The notes under the pieces: generated by a model | Database searches by the model: none | Seen by the model: only the letters and a program-made list of their open reading frames with translations | What the model was told of the DNA's origin: nothing | Position numbers and translations under genes: made by a program | Shown here: in pieces, positions 11,599 to 20,787 of the stretch | How the letters are laid out: every line of letters starts with the position of its first letter | Numbering within the stretch: position 1 is the first letter of the stretch | Origin: Flavobacteriales bacterium | GTDB lineage: Bacteria; Bacteroidota; Bacteroidia; Flavobacteriales_F; PHOS-HE28 | Assembly: GCA_016715895.1 (NCBI GenBank) | Contig: JADJXH010000004.1 | Coordinates: 356,712 to 420,711, forward strand | Length of the DNA stretch: 64,000 bases | Direction of reading: 5' to 3'

Positions 11599-14500
11599 GT
11601 GCTCCCCGCCCACCGGTCCATCGGCCTGGCCTTCGGCTTGTTGCTCGCCTGCGGCGCGTCGGGTGGCAGCGGGGTCACCTTCACGGAGAACCGCGGCCAG
11701 TGGCCCTCGCAGGTGCTCTATCGGGCCCATATCCCCGGCGGCGCCCTCTTCGTGGAGCGCGGCGCCCTCACGTTCGTGCTGGCGGAAGGCGGTGCCCACC
11801 ACCGCCATGGACATGCCGGGGATGCGCACGACCACGCCGAACAGGACCCGTACAGGGCCCATGCCTACCGGGTGACCTTCGAGGGGGCTTCGGGCGGTGT
11901 GGGTGAGGGCCGACAGGTGCTGGGCCATCGCGAGAACCACTTCATCGGCAACGACCCGGCGCGCTGGGGCGCGGATTGCGGGGTGTTCCGGGAGGTATGG
12001 GTGAAGGACCTGTACCCGGGCATCGACCTGCGGGTGGATGGCAGCAAGGGCCTGAAGTACGACCTGCTTGTCCAGCCCGGCGTCGATCCGGGGCGGATCC
12101 GCATGCGGTACAGCGGCCAGGATGCGCTGGCGCTCGAGCAGGGCCGGCTGGTGGTGCGCACCAGCGCCGGCACTGTGGTGGAAGAGGCTCCCATCGCCTT
12201 CGGACCCGGTGGGGCCATCGCCTGCCGCTACCGGCTGGAGGGTGACCGTCTCGGCTTCGAGCTGCCGGACGGGTACGACGACCACGGCCTGCTGGTCATC
12301 GACCCCACCCTCACCTTCGCCAGCTACTCGGGCAGCACGGCGGACAACTTCGGCTTCACCGCCACCTACGATGCGGCGGGCAACCTGTACGGGGGCGGCA
12401 TCGTGTTCGGCTTCGGCTACCCGGTGACGGTCGGCGCGCTTCAGACCAACCTGTCCGGCGGCACCATCGACGTGGGCATCAGCAAGTGGGACGCCACCGG
12501 CAGCACGTTGTTGTGGAGCACCTACCTCGGCGGTGGGCAGAACGAATCGCCGCACAGCCTGGTGGTGAACGATGCGGGCGAGCTGTTCGTGCTGGGCAGC
12601 ACGGGCTCCAGCGACTTTCCCACCACGGCGGGCTGTTTCGACAACAGCTTCGGTGGAGGCCCCTCGCTCAACTTCACCATCGGCTACGGGTACAACCATT
12701 TCTCCGGCGTTGACGCCTTCGTGGCGCGGTTGAGCGCAGCCGGCAACGCACTGCTGGGGTCCACCTACGTGGGCGGCGCCGGTGCCGATGGCATCAACAA
12801 CGACGGTGCCCTGGCCTACAACTACGGCGATTCGTTCCGCGGCGAGATCGCCCTGGACCCCAATGGGAACCCGGTGGTGGCCACCAGCACCGAAACGACC
12901 GGGCTTCCCGTCACGCCCGGTGCTCCGCAGGCGGCCTTCGGAGGCGGACAACAGGACGGCTATGTGTTCCGGCTCAACGCCCCTCTCACCAATCTGCTCT
13001 GGGCCACCTATGTGGGCGGCACCGGGGACGACAGCGCGTTCGGCGTGCAGTTCGACAGCAATGGCGAGGTCTACGTCACCGGGGGCACCACCAGCACGGA
13101 CCTGCCGATGGCCGGCACCCCGTACGACGCAAGCCACAACGGCAGCGTGGACGGCTACATCATGCGGTACAACGCCACGGGCAACGCCCTTCTGGGCTCC
13201 ACCTACCTGGGCACCGCCGCTTACGACCAGAGCTACTTCGTGCAGCTGGACACGGACGACGAGGTGTACGTGGTAGGTCAGACGAGGGGCAATTACCCGG
13301 TGACGCCCGGCAAGTACGCCAACCCCGGCAGCAGCCAGTTCATCCACAAGTTCAACCATGCGCTCAGTGGCTCGCTGTGGAGCACGCGCATCGGCAATGG
13401 CAGCGGTACGGAGGACATCGCACCATCCGCTTTCCTGGTGAGCGACTGCGGGCAGATCTACTTCTCCGGCTGGGGCGGCGCGGTGAACAACAACGGCGTG
13501 CCGAACACCAGCACCACCACCGGCCTGCCAACCACCCCGGGCGCGTTCCAAACGACCACGGACGGTAGCGACTTCCATCTGATGGTGCTGGAGCCCGATG
13601 CCATCGGTCTCAACTACGCCACCTTCTTCGGCGGCAACCTCAGCTCCGAGCACGTGGACGGCGGCACCAGCCGCTTCGACAAGAACGGCAACGTGTACCA
13701 GGCGGTGTGTGCGGGCTGCGGCGGCAACAGCGACTTCCCCACCACTCCGGGCGCGTGGAGCAACACGAACAACAACCCGAACTGCAACCTAGGCGTGTTC
13801 AAGTTCGCGCTGTCGCAGACCCTGGCGGTGATCGCCATCGACGGCCCGCAGTACGTGTGCCATCCGGGAACCGCGCAGTTCGCCAACCTGAGCAATGGCG
13901 GCAATACCTACACCTGGTACTTCGGCGATGGCGCCACCAGCACCGATTTCGAACCGACGCACGCCTATGGGGCACCGGGCACCTACACGGTGATGATGGT
14001 GCTGGAGGACAGCCTGGACTGCACGCCGCCGGACACGGCCTACGTGACCATCGAGGTGGTGGACCCGCTGGACGCTTCGGTGGACAGTGTGCCGGCGGTA
14101 TGCGCCGGGTCCAGCGTCCAGCTTCAGGCCAGCGGAGGCACCAGCTACCTGTGGAGCCCCGGCACAGGGCTCAACAGCACCACCGTGCCCGACCCGGTAT
14201 GCACCCCGTTGGCCATCACCACCTACCAAGTGCTGGTGACCGACCAATGCGGCACGGACACCGCCTTCGTGGACGTGGTGGTGGACGACCCCTCCGGTTT
14301 CGCCGGGCCCGACGTGGTGATGTGCGCGGGTGATGCGGTGGCCATCAGCGCGAGCGGAGGCGCCACCTACAGCTGGAGCCCGGCCGGCTTCGTGAACGAC
14401 CCCACGAGCCCCACACCGCTGGCCTCCCCGCCGGACACCACGCTCTTCACCATCACCATCGTGACGGCCGATGGTTGCGTGGGCGTGGATTCGGTGCTGG

Positions 14501-15462
14501 TGATCGTGCAGTTCACTCCGCCCGACCCGGTCTCCGCGGACACGGCGGTGTGCGTAGGGGGCAGCGTGCAGCTCCAGGTGAGCGGCGGCGACAGCTATGG
14601 GTGGGTGCCGGCCCCCGGCCTCACCACGCTCACTGTTCCCGATCCGGTGGTGACCCCGCCCACCACCACGGACTACGTGGTGCTGGTGAGCAACACCTGT
14701 GGCACCACGCCGGACACGGTGACCGTGCTGGTGGTGGTGCCGATGGCCGATGCCTGGCCGGACACCCTGGTGTGCCCCAACGCGCCGGTGCCGCTCTTCG
14801 CCAGCGGCGGGGTGAGCTACATCTGGAACCCCGCACAGGGCCTGGACAACGACACCAGCGCCACCCCCATCGCCACGGTGGGAACGCCGACCGTCTTCAC
14901 CGTGATCTCCACGGACGCCTACGGCTGCAGTGACACGGCCCAGGTGTCCATCGACCTGCTGCCACAACCGGTGGTGAACGCGGGCCCCGATATGTCCATC
15001 GATTACGGCGACGCCACCACCCTGGCGGCCACCGGGGAAGGCGCCTTCATGTGGAGCCCGGAGCTCTATGTGGAACAGGCCAACGGCGCGCTGCTCACCG
15101 TGCGACCGGAAACGAGCACGCTGTACACCGTGCAGCTGACGGACCTGAACGGATGCGTGGCCACGGACCAGGTGCTGGTGATCATCGACGGCGCGTTGTA
15201 CGTGCCGAACACCTTCACCCCCAACGAGGACGGGATCAACGACACCTTCTTCGCGCTGGGCAAGGAGATCGACACGTTCCGGATGATGGTGTTCAACCGC
15301 TGGGGCGAAATGATCTTCGAGACGGACGTGCTGACCGGACGCTGGGACGGCACCTACAAGGGGGTGGGCTCACCGATCGACACCTACGTCTGGCGGGTGG
15401 ACTACACCGAACTGAACGGCGAGGACCACATCCTGTACGGGCACGTGAACCTGGTGCGCTAG
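11599..15462 (+). CDS. Large cell-surface adhesin-like protein (beta-propeller/SBBP-like repeats, PKD-like domains) with T9SS type B C-terminal domain
   Basis: 1352-aa ORF. Only in-frame start candidate after the divergent purF gene is the GTG at 11599 (VLPAHRSIGLAFGLLLACGASGG; start uncertain). Repeated ...YLGG.G.D.A/G... beta-propeller-like units. PKD-like segment (YTWYFGDGATSTDFEPTHAYGAPGTYTVMMV). C-terminus YVPNTFTPNEDGINDTF…NRWGEMIFE… is the gliding-motility/CHU-type T9SS CTD. Confidence 0.75.
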   Translation: MLPAHRSIGLAFGLLLACGASGGSGVTFTENRGQWPSQVLYRAHIPGGALFVERGALTFVLAEGGAHHRHGHAGDAHDHAEQDPYRAHAYRVTFEGASGGVGEGRQVLGHRENHFIGNDPARWGADCGVFREVWVKDLYPGIDLRVDGSKGLKYDLLVQPGVDPGRIRMRYSGQDALALEQGRLVVRTSAGTVVEEAPIAFGPGGAIACRYRLEGDRLGFELPDGYDDHGLLVIDPTLTFASYSGSTADNFGFTATYDAAGNLYGGGIVFGFGYPVTVGALQTNLSGGTIDVGISKWDATGSTLLWSTYLGGGQNESPHSLVVNDAGELFVLGSTGSSDFPTTAGCFDNSFGGGPSLNFTIGYGYNHFSGVDAFVARLSAAGNALLGSTYVGGAGADGINNDGALAYNYGDSFRGEIALDPNGNPVVATSTETTGLPVTPGAPQAAFGGGQQDGYVFRLNAPLTNLLWATYVGGTGDDSAFGVQFDSNGEVYVTGGTTSTDLPMAGTPYDASHNGSVDGYIMRYNATGNALLGSTYLGTAAYDQSYFVQLDTDDEVYVVGQTRGNYPVTPGKYANPGSSQFIHKFNHALSGSLWSTRIGNGSGTEDIAPSAFLVSDCGQIYFSGWGGAVNNNGVPNTSTTTGLPTTPGAFQTTTDGSDFHLMVLEPDAIGLNYATFFGGNLSSEHVDGGTSRFDKNGNVYQAVCAGCGGNSDFPTTPGAWSNTNNNPNCNLGVFKFALSQTLAVIAIDGPQYVCHPGTAQFANLSNGGNTYTWYFGDGATSTDFEPTHAYGAPGTYTVMMVLEDSLDCTPPDTAYVTIEVVDPLDASVDSVPAVCAGSSVQLQASGGTSYLWSPGTGLNSTTVPDPVCTPLAITTYQVLVTDQCGTDTAFVDVVVDDPSGFAGPDVVMCAGDAVAISASGGATYSWSPAGFVNDPTSPTPLASPPDTTLFTITIVTADGCVGVDSVLVIVQFTPPDPVSADTAVCVGGSVQLQVSGGDSYGWVPAPGLTTLTVPDPVVTPPTTTDYVVLVSNTCGTTPDTVTVLVVVPMADAWPDTLVCPNAPVPLFASGGVSYIWNPAQGLDNDTSATPIATVGTPTVFTVISTDAYGCSDTAQVSIDLLPQPVVNAGPDMSIDYGDATTLAATGEGAFMWSPELYVEQANGALLTVRPETSTLYTVQLTDLNGCVATDQVLVIIDGALYVPNTFTPNEDGINDTFFALGKEIDTFRMMVFNRWGEMIFETDVLTGRWDGTYKGVGSPIDTYVWRVDYTELNGEDHILYGHVNLVR

Positions 15463-16484
15463 GAGCCTGGCATGAAGCGCTGGCGGGGCAGGTCGAGCCA
15501 GCTCAGCGCGGCACCGCTCAACAGCATCTCCTTGCGGGCATCATCCCAGGGCATGCTGCGGATCAAGGACCCGGGCTCCAGCTCACCGAGGGGGAACGGA
15601 TAGTCGGTGCCCAGGGCCACGCGCTCGGCGCCCAGCATGTCCACGACGAGCTTCAGGATGGCGGGGTCGTGCACCAAGGCGTCGATCCAGAACCGGCCGA
15701 GGTAGTCCTTGGGCGGCACCTGGTTGTCCACCGCGCACAGGTCCGGACGCACCTCGAACCCGTGCTGGATGCGGCCGAGCGTGGCGGGAAAGCTCCCTCC
15801 GCCGTGGGCGAAGGCCACGCGCAGGCGCGGCAAGCGCTCCAGGAGCCCGCTGAAGATCATGGAGGTGATGGCCAGGGTGGTCTCCGCGGGCATGCCCACC
15901 AGCCAGGGAAGCCAGTACTTGTCCATGCGCTCCTTGCCCAGCATGTCCCACGGGTGCACGAACACGGCCATGCCCAGGGCCTCGCACGCCTGAAAGACAT
16001 CCAGGAACCGGGGGTCGCCCAGGTTGATGCCCTCCACATGGGTACCGATCTGGATGCCGCTGAGACCGATCGACCGGCAGCGCTCCAGCTCCTGCACGGC
16101 CAGCGCGCTGTCCTGCATGGGCACCGTGCCCAGGCCCACGAAGCGGTGCGGCCAACGGTCCACGATGCCGGCGATGTGGTCATTGAGGAACACGGAAAGC
16201 TCCAGCGCGTCCTGTGGTCGGGCCCAATAGCTGAACATCACGGGCACCGTGCTCAGCACCTGGGCATGCACGCGGTGGCCGTCGCACTCGTCCAGCCGTA
16301 CCAGGGGATCCCAGCAATTGGCCTGCACCTCCCTGAAGAACTTGTCATCCATCATCATCCGTGCACAGCCCGGGCGGTGATGGTCGAGGTGGATGAAGCC
16401 CTTGTATCCGAAGCGGGCCCCGAAATCGGGGATGTGCTCCGGCAGGATGTGCGTATGGACGTCGATGGCCAGCAGCTCGGCCAT
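15459..16484 (-). CDS. nbaD: 2-amino-3-carboxymuconate-6-semialdehyde decarboxylase (amidohydrolase-2 family)
   Basis: Start MAELLAIDVHTHILPE (metal-binding HxH). Amidohydrolase_2 pattern throughout. Directly follows and translationally overlaps the 3-HAA dioxygenase gene. Confidence 0.85.
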   Translation of the reverse strand: MAELLAIDVHTHILPEHIPDFGARFGYKGFIHLDHHRPGCARMMMDDKFFREVQANCWDPLVRLDECDGHRVHAQVLSTVPVMFSYWARPQDALELSVFLNDHIAGIVDRWPHRFVGLGTVPMQDSALAVQELERCRSIGLSGIQIGTHVEGINLGDPRFLDVFQACEALGMAVFVHPWDMLGKERMDKYWLPWLVGMPAETTLAITSMIFSGLLERLPRLRVAFAHGGGSFPATLGRIQHGFEVRPDLCAVDNQVPPKDYLGRFWIDALVHDPAILKLVVDMLGAERVALGTDYPFPLGELEPGSLIRSMPWDDARKEMLLSGAALSWLDLPRQRFMPGS

Positions 16485-17014
16485 CAGGAGAAGCGCGGAT
16501 CGGTGGCCATCACATGACCGCAATTGCGGCAGGTCCGCAGGGCCTCGTTGCCGTAGAACTCCCGGAAGCGTGGCAGGAAGTCCTTCTCGATGTTGTGCAG
16601 CACGAAGCGGTACTCGTGCAGCAGGGTGTTGCACTTCTCGCAGTACCACTGCAGTCCGTCCTCCAGGGCGCGGTCATCGCGTTTGCACTCGATCACCAGG
16701 CCCACGGTATCGGGACCACGACGCGGTTGATGCGGCACGTTCGCGGGCAGCAGGAACATCTCGCCCTCCCTGATGGGGATGGTGACGGCCTTGCCATCCT
16801 CCTGGATGCCCACCTCGATGTCGCCCTCCAGCTGGTAGAAGAGCTCCTCGGTCTGGTTGAAGTGATAGTCCTTGCGTGCGTTGGGGCCGCCGACGATCAT
16901 CACGATGTAGTCGCCGGCATCGGCGTACAGGTTCTTGTTGCCGACCGGCGGCTTGAGCAGCGCGCGGTTGTCGGCGATCCATTGCTTGAGGTTGAACGGT
17001 CGACGGACGGCCAT
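16484..17014 (-). CDS. nbaC: 3-hydroxyanthranilate 3,4-dioxygenase
   Basis: MAVRRPFNLKQWIADNRALLKPPVGNKNLY…, cupin core …GEMFLLPANVPHQP…, and C-terminal CxxC…CxxC rubredoxin-like site (CEKCNTLL…CRNCGHV). Confidence 0.9.
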   Translation of the reverse strand: MAVRRPFNLKQWIADNRALLKPPVGNKNLYADAGDYIVMIVGGPNARKDYHFNQTEELFYQLEGDIEVGIQEDGKAVTIPIREGEMFLLPANVPHQPRRGPDTVGLVIECKRDDRALEDGLQWYCEKCNTLLHEYRFVLHNIEKDFLPRFREFYGNEALRTCRNCGHVMATDPRFS

Positions 17015-17066
17015 GGCGGTGGAGGGGTTCCGCCGCAAGTTAGGGCCGCTCTGGCGAAGGCCGGCG

Positions 17067-17612
17067 TCAGCGCTCGCGCTTCTCCACGCGACCGGCCATC
17101 AGCAGCAGGGCACCGTTGGTGCGTTGCATGCCCATGGTCCATTCGGGGTCCTGGGCGAACATGCCGGCCTTCTCGTCGTAGCGGATGCGGGCGAAGGGGA
17201 AGTCGAGCTCATCGGTGCTCACGCCGTTGTACTTCGCCTCGGCCAGCATGCCGATGTCCATCACCAGGGGTTCGAAGACCAGATCGTCCGCCGCCTTGGG
17301 GAAGTGCGTGTCGATCTGAACGCGCTTGGGCACGAATCCGGCCTTTCGGAACTCGATGCTGAAGCTCCGGTTCAGGGCCAGGCCCAGGGCGAACCTGCCG
17401 CTCCTGTCCGTGGTGATGGAGCCCACTTGTTCATTCTCCCTGTAGGTGATCACTTCGCAGCCTTCCAGCTTGCTGTCACCGTCGGTGATCCGGCCGGTGA
17501 TCGGCAGCACGACCTCCTCCCCGCCCGATTGAGCGCGGGCCGTTGGGATGGAGAACAGGCCGGCGATCGGGATCAGGAGCGCAACGGCGGAACGGAATGG
17601 TCGGGAACGCAT
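17067..17612 (-). CDS. Hypothetical secreted protein
   Basis: 181 aa. Signal peptide MRSRPFRSAVALLIPIAGLFSIPTARAQ starting at the ATG at 17612. No recognised domain. Confidence 0.55.
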   Translation of the reverse strand: MRSRPFRSAVALLIPIAGLFSIPTARAQSGGEEVVLPITGRITDGDSKLEGCEVITYRENEQVGSITTDRSGRFALGLALNRSFSIEFRKAGFVPKRVQIDTHFPKAADDLVFEPLVMDIGMLAEAKYNGVSTDELDFPFARIRYDEKAGMFAQDPEWTMGMQRTNGALLLMAGRVEKRER

Positions 17613-17667
17613 GGTATCAGGGATGGTGGCCCTGATACGAACGCATGGGTCCGGTGGTTCCGAACGG

Positions 17668-18732
17668 TCAGCGCACCACCCGCCGCACGACGGGAGGCGA
17701 GCCCTCGCTGTCCAGCCGGACCAGGAGGGCACCGCGGGCGACTTCCGGCAGGGTGATGCGGCTTGTGGAACCGGCTGACACCCAGCTTCGGTGCACGGAG
17801 CGGCCCACGGCATCGAGGACGGTGACCCAGGCACCCTGTTGGTCCCTGTCCGGCCCGATGCAAAGGACATCCCCATCCATCCACACGGCACGCTGGCCCA
17901 CCTCCACTCCCTGCACACCCGTGCAGATCTCCACGAAGAGCTCCACGAAGTTGTCGCTGAGCTCCAGGCAGGCCCCATCGCTGGTGAGGTCGCGGATGGA
18001 CAGGCCTGCTTCAAGACCGAACAGTGCCCCGTCCCAGCTCACGGCGTGGATCCGGTAAGCTCCATCACGAAGGGTGTCCGCCTCCAATAGGCCGCCGGGC
18101 AGTTCAGCGACGATGTTGTCGCCATCATCGGTCAGCACGAGGATCACCGGGGAGGTCCCCTGGGAGAAGCTCACGAAGGTCAGCAGGTCGGAGAGCCCGT
18201 CCTTGCAGATGGTCAGGGTGGTGTCGCCCTGGTCCGTCTTCACGATGTTGCCGTCGCAAAGCAACGGGGGCATGGCCGCACTGAGACAGATGCCGAAGGT
18301 GCCGGGGGCACCGAAATCGGTGTTGGTGAAGACCCGGACGCGATAGTTAGTGCCGGGTGTGGTGGGAATGGTGAACTCGAAGAGCGGCCAGACGCCGCAG
18401 ACGAAGGAAGTGGCCAGGCAGCTGTCGGGCATCACCTCGATGCCCCAATCGGTGATGGAACCGGGGACCAGGCGGAGGAAGACCTCGCTGTGGATGTCGC
18501 TGTTGAAGGTGTACCAGACATCGGGGAAGGAGAGTCCGTTGCCATCGCACACCGGCAGGTCACCGCCCCAACTGGCCTGCCCGTTGTCGCCCGGCGTGGC
18601 AAGCAAGGGGCATTCCAGCAGGTCGTTGATGGTCAACGGCTGCGGGAAGGCGCAGCTGTCGTTCGTGGGGATCTGCGCAGCCACGCGCAGCGTGAGGGCG
18701 GCTGCGGCAAGGAGGGTCGGGATGCGGGCCAT
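17668..18732 (-). CDS. T9SS-secreted hypothetical protein (type A CTD), related to the downstream repeat-domain proteins
   Basis: Signal peptide MARIPTLLAAAALTLRVAAQ. Shares the DVWYTF…/Cys-rich module with the 18778..20769 product. C-terminal …RITLPEVARGALLVRLDSEG… CTD-like tail. Confidence 0.7.
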   Translation of the reverse strand: MARIPTLLAAAALTLRVAAQIPTNDSCAFPQPLTINDLLECPLLATPGDNGQASWGGDLPVCDGNGLSFPDVWYTFNSDIHSEVFLRLVPGSITDWGIEVMPDSCLATSFVCGVWPLFEFTIPTTPGTNYRVRVFTNTDFGAPGTFGICLSAAMPPLLCDGNIVKTDQGDTTLTICKDGLSDLLTFVSFSQGTSPVILVLTDDGDNIVAELPGGLLEADTLRDGAYRIHAVSWDGALFGLEAGLSIRDLTSDGACLELSDNFVELFVEICTGVQGVEVGQRAVWMDGDVLCIGPDRDQQGAWVTVLDAVGRSVHRSWVSAGSTSRITLPEVARGALLVRLDSEGSPPVVRRVVR

Positions 18733-18777
18733 GGGGCGGAATAGGACCCGCCAAGGTAGCCGGAAAGGAGGAATGCC

Positions 18778-20769
18778 CTACCGGACGGTGAGCCGCTTCT
18801 GCCAGCTGCCATCGGCCGTCTCACAGCGCAGCACGTACCCGCCCGGCGCCATCCCGGTCAGGTCCAGGCGGCTCACCCCACCGGCCACCAGGCTCCGCTG
18901 CTCCGTCATCACCACCCGACCCATCAGGTCGGTGAGGCTCAGGCGCACGAGGCCGGCAGCGCCCGACCAGCGCAGGTCGGCGAAGCCCTGTGCCGGGTCG
19001 GGGAACACCGCGAAGGGAGCCTCATCGGCGGGGTGGCCCACCGTGGTGGTGATGTCCGCGGCGATGCACAGGCGGAAGTCGCCACCGAGACCGAGGTCCG
19101 TGTTCGTCATCACGCGCACGTAGTACGGTTGGTTCGGGATGGTGGTCACCGTGACGGGGCCTGAAGGGAACTGCACGCAGGCCACCTCGGCGCCGCCGCA
19201 AGCCTCGTACACGGCCATGGACCAGTCGCTCATCGTGAGGTTCTCGAGGGTGACCTCCACCTGGGTGTTGACACCGGGCTCGAAGGTGTACCAGACGTCC
19301 AGGTAGCCATTGGTCGACGAGTCGCAGGACGGATCATCGGTGGACAGGACCGCACCGCTGTTATATCCACCGGTGGAGCTGCCCGGGCAATCCGGAAGCG
19401 GAAGCACCTCGATGTAGGCGGCGTTGGCACAGTCATCGTTCGGCGGGGGGGCCGGGCAGGCGTTGGCCGAAACGGTCAGCACGTAGTCGCCTGAGGAGCC
19501 GCTACCGAAGTTGCCCACGGGGATGTAATAGGTCCCTGGCGCCAGACCCACGAAGGTGATCTCGGCGTTGGTGTCCACGCAGGTGAAGTCCGCCTGCGCG
19601 GTGAACAGCGTCTGGGCGGCCGGACAGCTGGTGGTCAGCGCCGGATAGACCTCATCGAAGGGGGGCGTGGAGCCGCAGTAGGAAATGGTCACGATGGCGC
19701 AGTCGCTCAAGGTGAACGCGTGCCAGACCTTGGGGACGCCATCGTTCAGGAGGCTGGTGATGTCGGCATCGGCCAGCGTGGTGGCACCCGCGTTGTTGCC
19801 CGTGAACGTGAGGGTGCCGCCCAAGGCAAGGGGATCGGCGATGACCGCGGAGCAGAGGTCGTTCGCCGGTGCCGATCCGCCACCCTGTACACAGATGGTG
19901 AAAGTGGGCCCTGCGGGCTGACCGCCGTACCAGTCGTAGACGCGCACGAAGTAGGTGTTCCCGATCGTCAGGTTCGAGAGCACCACGGTCTCGGTGGCCC
20001 CGAGCGCACCTTGATCGCCACAGGCGATGCTCGTCGTGGCGCCACAGGCCCCTTCCAGGACATCGACCACAGGGTTGAAGCCCAGCGATGGCTCCACCAC
20101 CACCGAATGGTCGCTCGAGCTCGCCACGAAGCTGAACCACACATCGTCATTGGCGTCACCGGTGATCCCGGCGCAGGTGATGGCCGGCAGGGATTCCGTG
20201 GCGCCGAGCGTGGTGCCGTTGACAGGTGTGCATCCGGCATCGGGCACCAGCGCGATCGCTCCGCTGCATTCATCGTTCGCCGGGGGCGGGGTGGTGCAGA
20301 CCTGGCCCGTGAACGTCAGCGTGTACGGACCGGTGGAGCCCGGCTCATTGATCACCGGGAAGTAATAAGTGCCTGCAGGCAGGTTGGGGAAGAGGATGGT
20401 GACGTTGCCGTCCCCGCAGGTGACGAACTCGAACACGCCGGTGTTCACGATGTTGGCGATCGGGCACCCGATCACCAGGTTGATGAACGAGTTGGGAAAG
20501 GCCGGGGTGGTGCCGCACAGGTCCACGGTCACATCCATGCACTGGCTCAGGGAGAAGGCCTCCCAAACCTGGGCGGCGCCGAAACCCACCTCGTCGGTGG
20601 ATCCTCCGCTATCGCCGTTGCGCACGGCCGGCACACCGGGGGACAGGGCCACCACGGTGGCGCCGGTGCACAGGTCGTTCACCGGGACACCACCGCCTTG
20701 TGCGAAGAGCTGCGGTGCGTGGGCGGCGAGGAGAGCGGCCAGGGCGGTGAGGGCGGTGCGGTACGGCAT
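18778..20769 (-). CDS. T9SS-secreted tandem-repeat-domain protein (4 x ~130-aa Cys-containing repeats + type A CTD)
   Basis: Signal peptide MPYRTALTALAALLAAHAPQLFAQ. Repeated units with conserved …VWHAF…CG..P…C…GTYY(F/I)PV… C-terminus …GYVLRCETADGSWQKRLTVR. Confidence 0.75.
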   Translation of the reverse strand: MPYRTALTALAALLAAHAPQLFAQGGGVPVNDLCTGATVVALSPGVPAVRNGDSGGSTDEVGFGAAQVWEAFSLSQCMDVTVDLCGTTPAFPNSFINLVIGCPIANIVNTGVFEFVTCGDGNVTILFPNLPAGTYYFPVINEPGSTGPYTLTFTGQVCTTPPPANDECSGAIALVPDAGCTPVNGTTLGATESLPAITCAGITGDANDDVWFSFVASSSDHSVVVEPSLGFNPVVDVLEGACGATTSIACGDQGALGATETVVLSNLTIGNTYFVRVYDWYGGQPAGPTFTICVQGGGSAPANDLCSAVIADPLALGGTLTFTGNNAGATTLADADITSLLNDGVPKVWHAFTLSDCAIVTISYCGSTPPFDEVYPALTTSCPAAQTLFTAQADFTCVDTNAEITFVGLAPGTYYIPVGNFGSGSSGDYVLTVSANACPAPPPNDDCANAAYIEVLPLPDCPGSSTGGYNSGAVLSTDDPSCDSSTNGYLDVWYTFEPGVNTQVEVTLENLTMSDWSMAVYEACGGAEVACVQFPSGPVTVTTIPNQPYYVRVMTNTDLGLGGDFRLCIAADITTTVGHPADEAPFAVFPDPAQGFADLRWSGAAGLVRLSLTDLMGRVVMTEQRSLVAGGVSRLDLTGMAPGGYVLRCETADGSWQKRLTVR

Positions 20770-20787
20770 GGGCGGAAGGAATTCGGG

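Noticed and set aside
16514-17362. 282-aa plus-strand ORF across the HAAO/ACMSD region
   Set aside because: Antisense to two well-supported genes. Translation is low-complexity.
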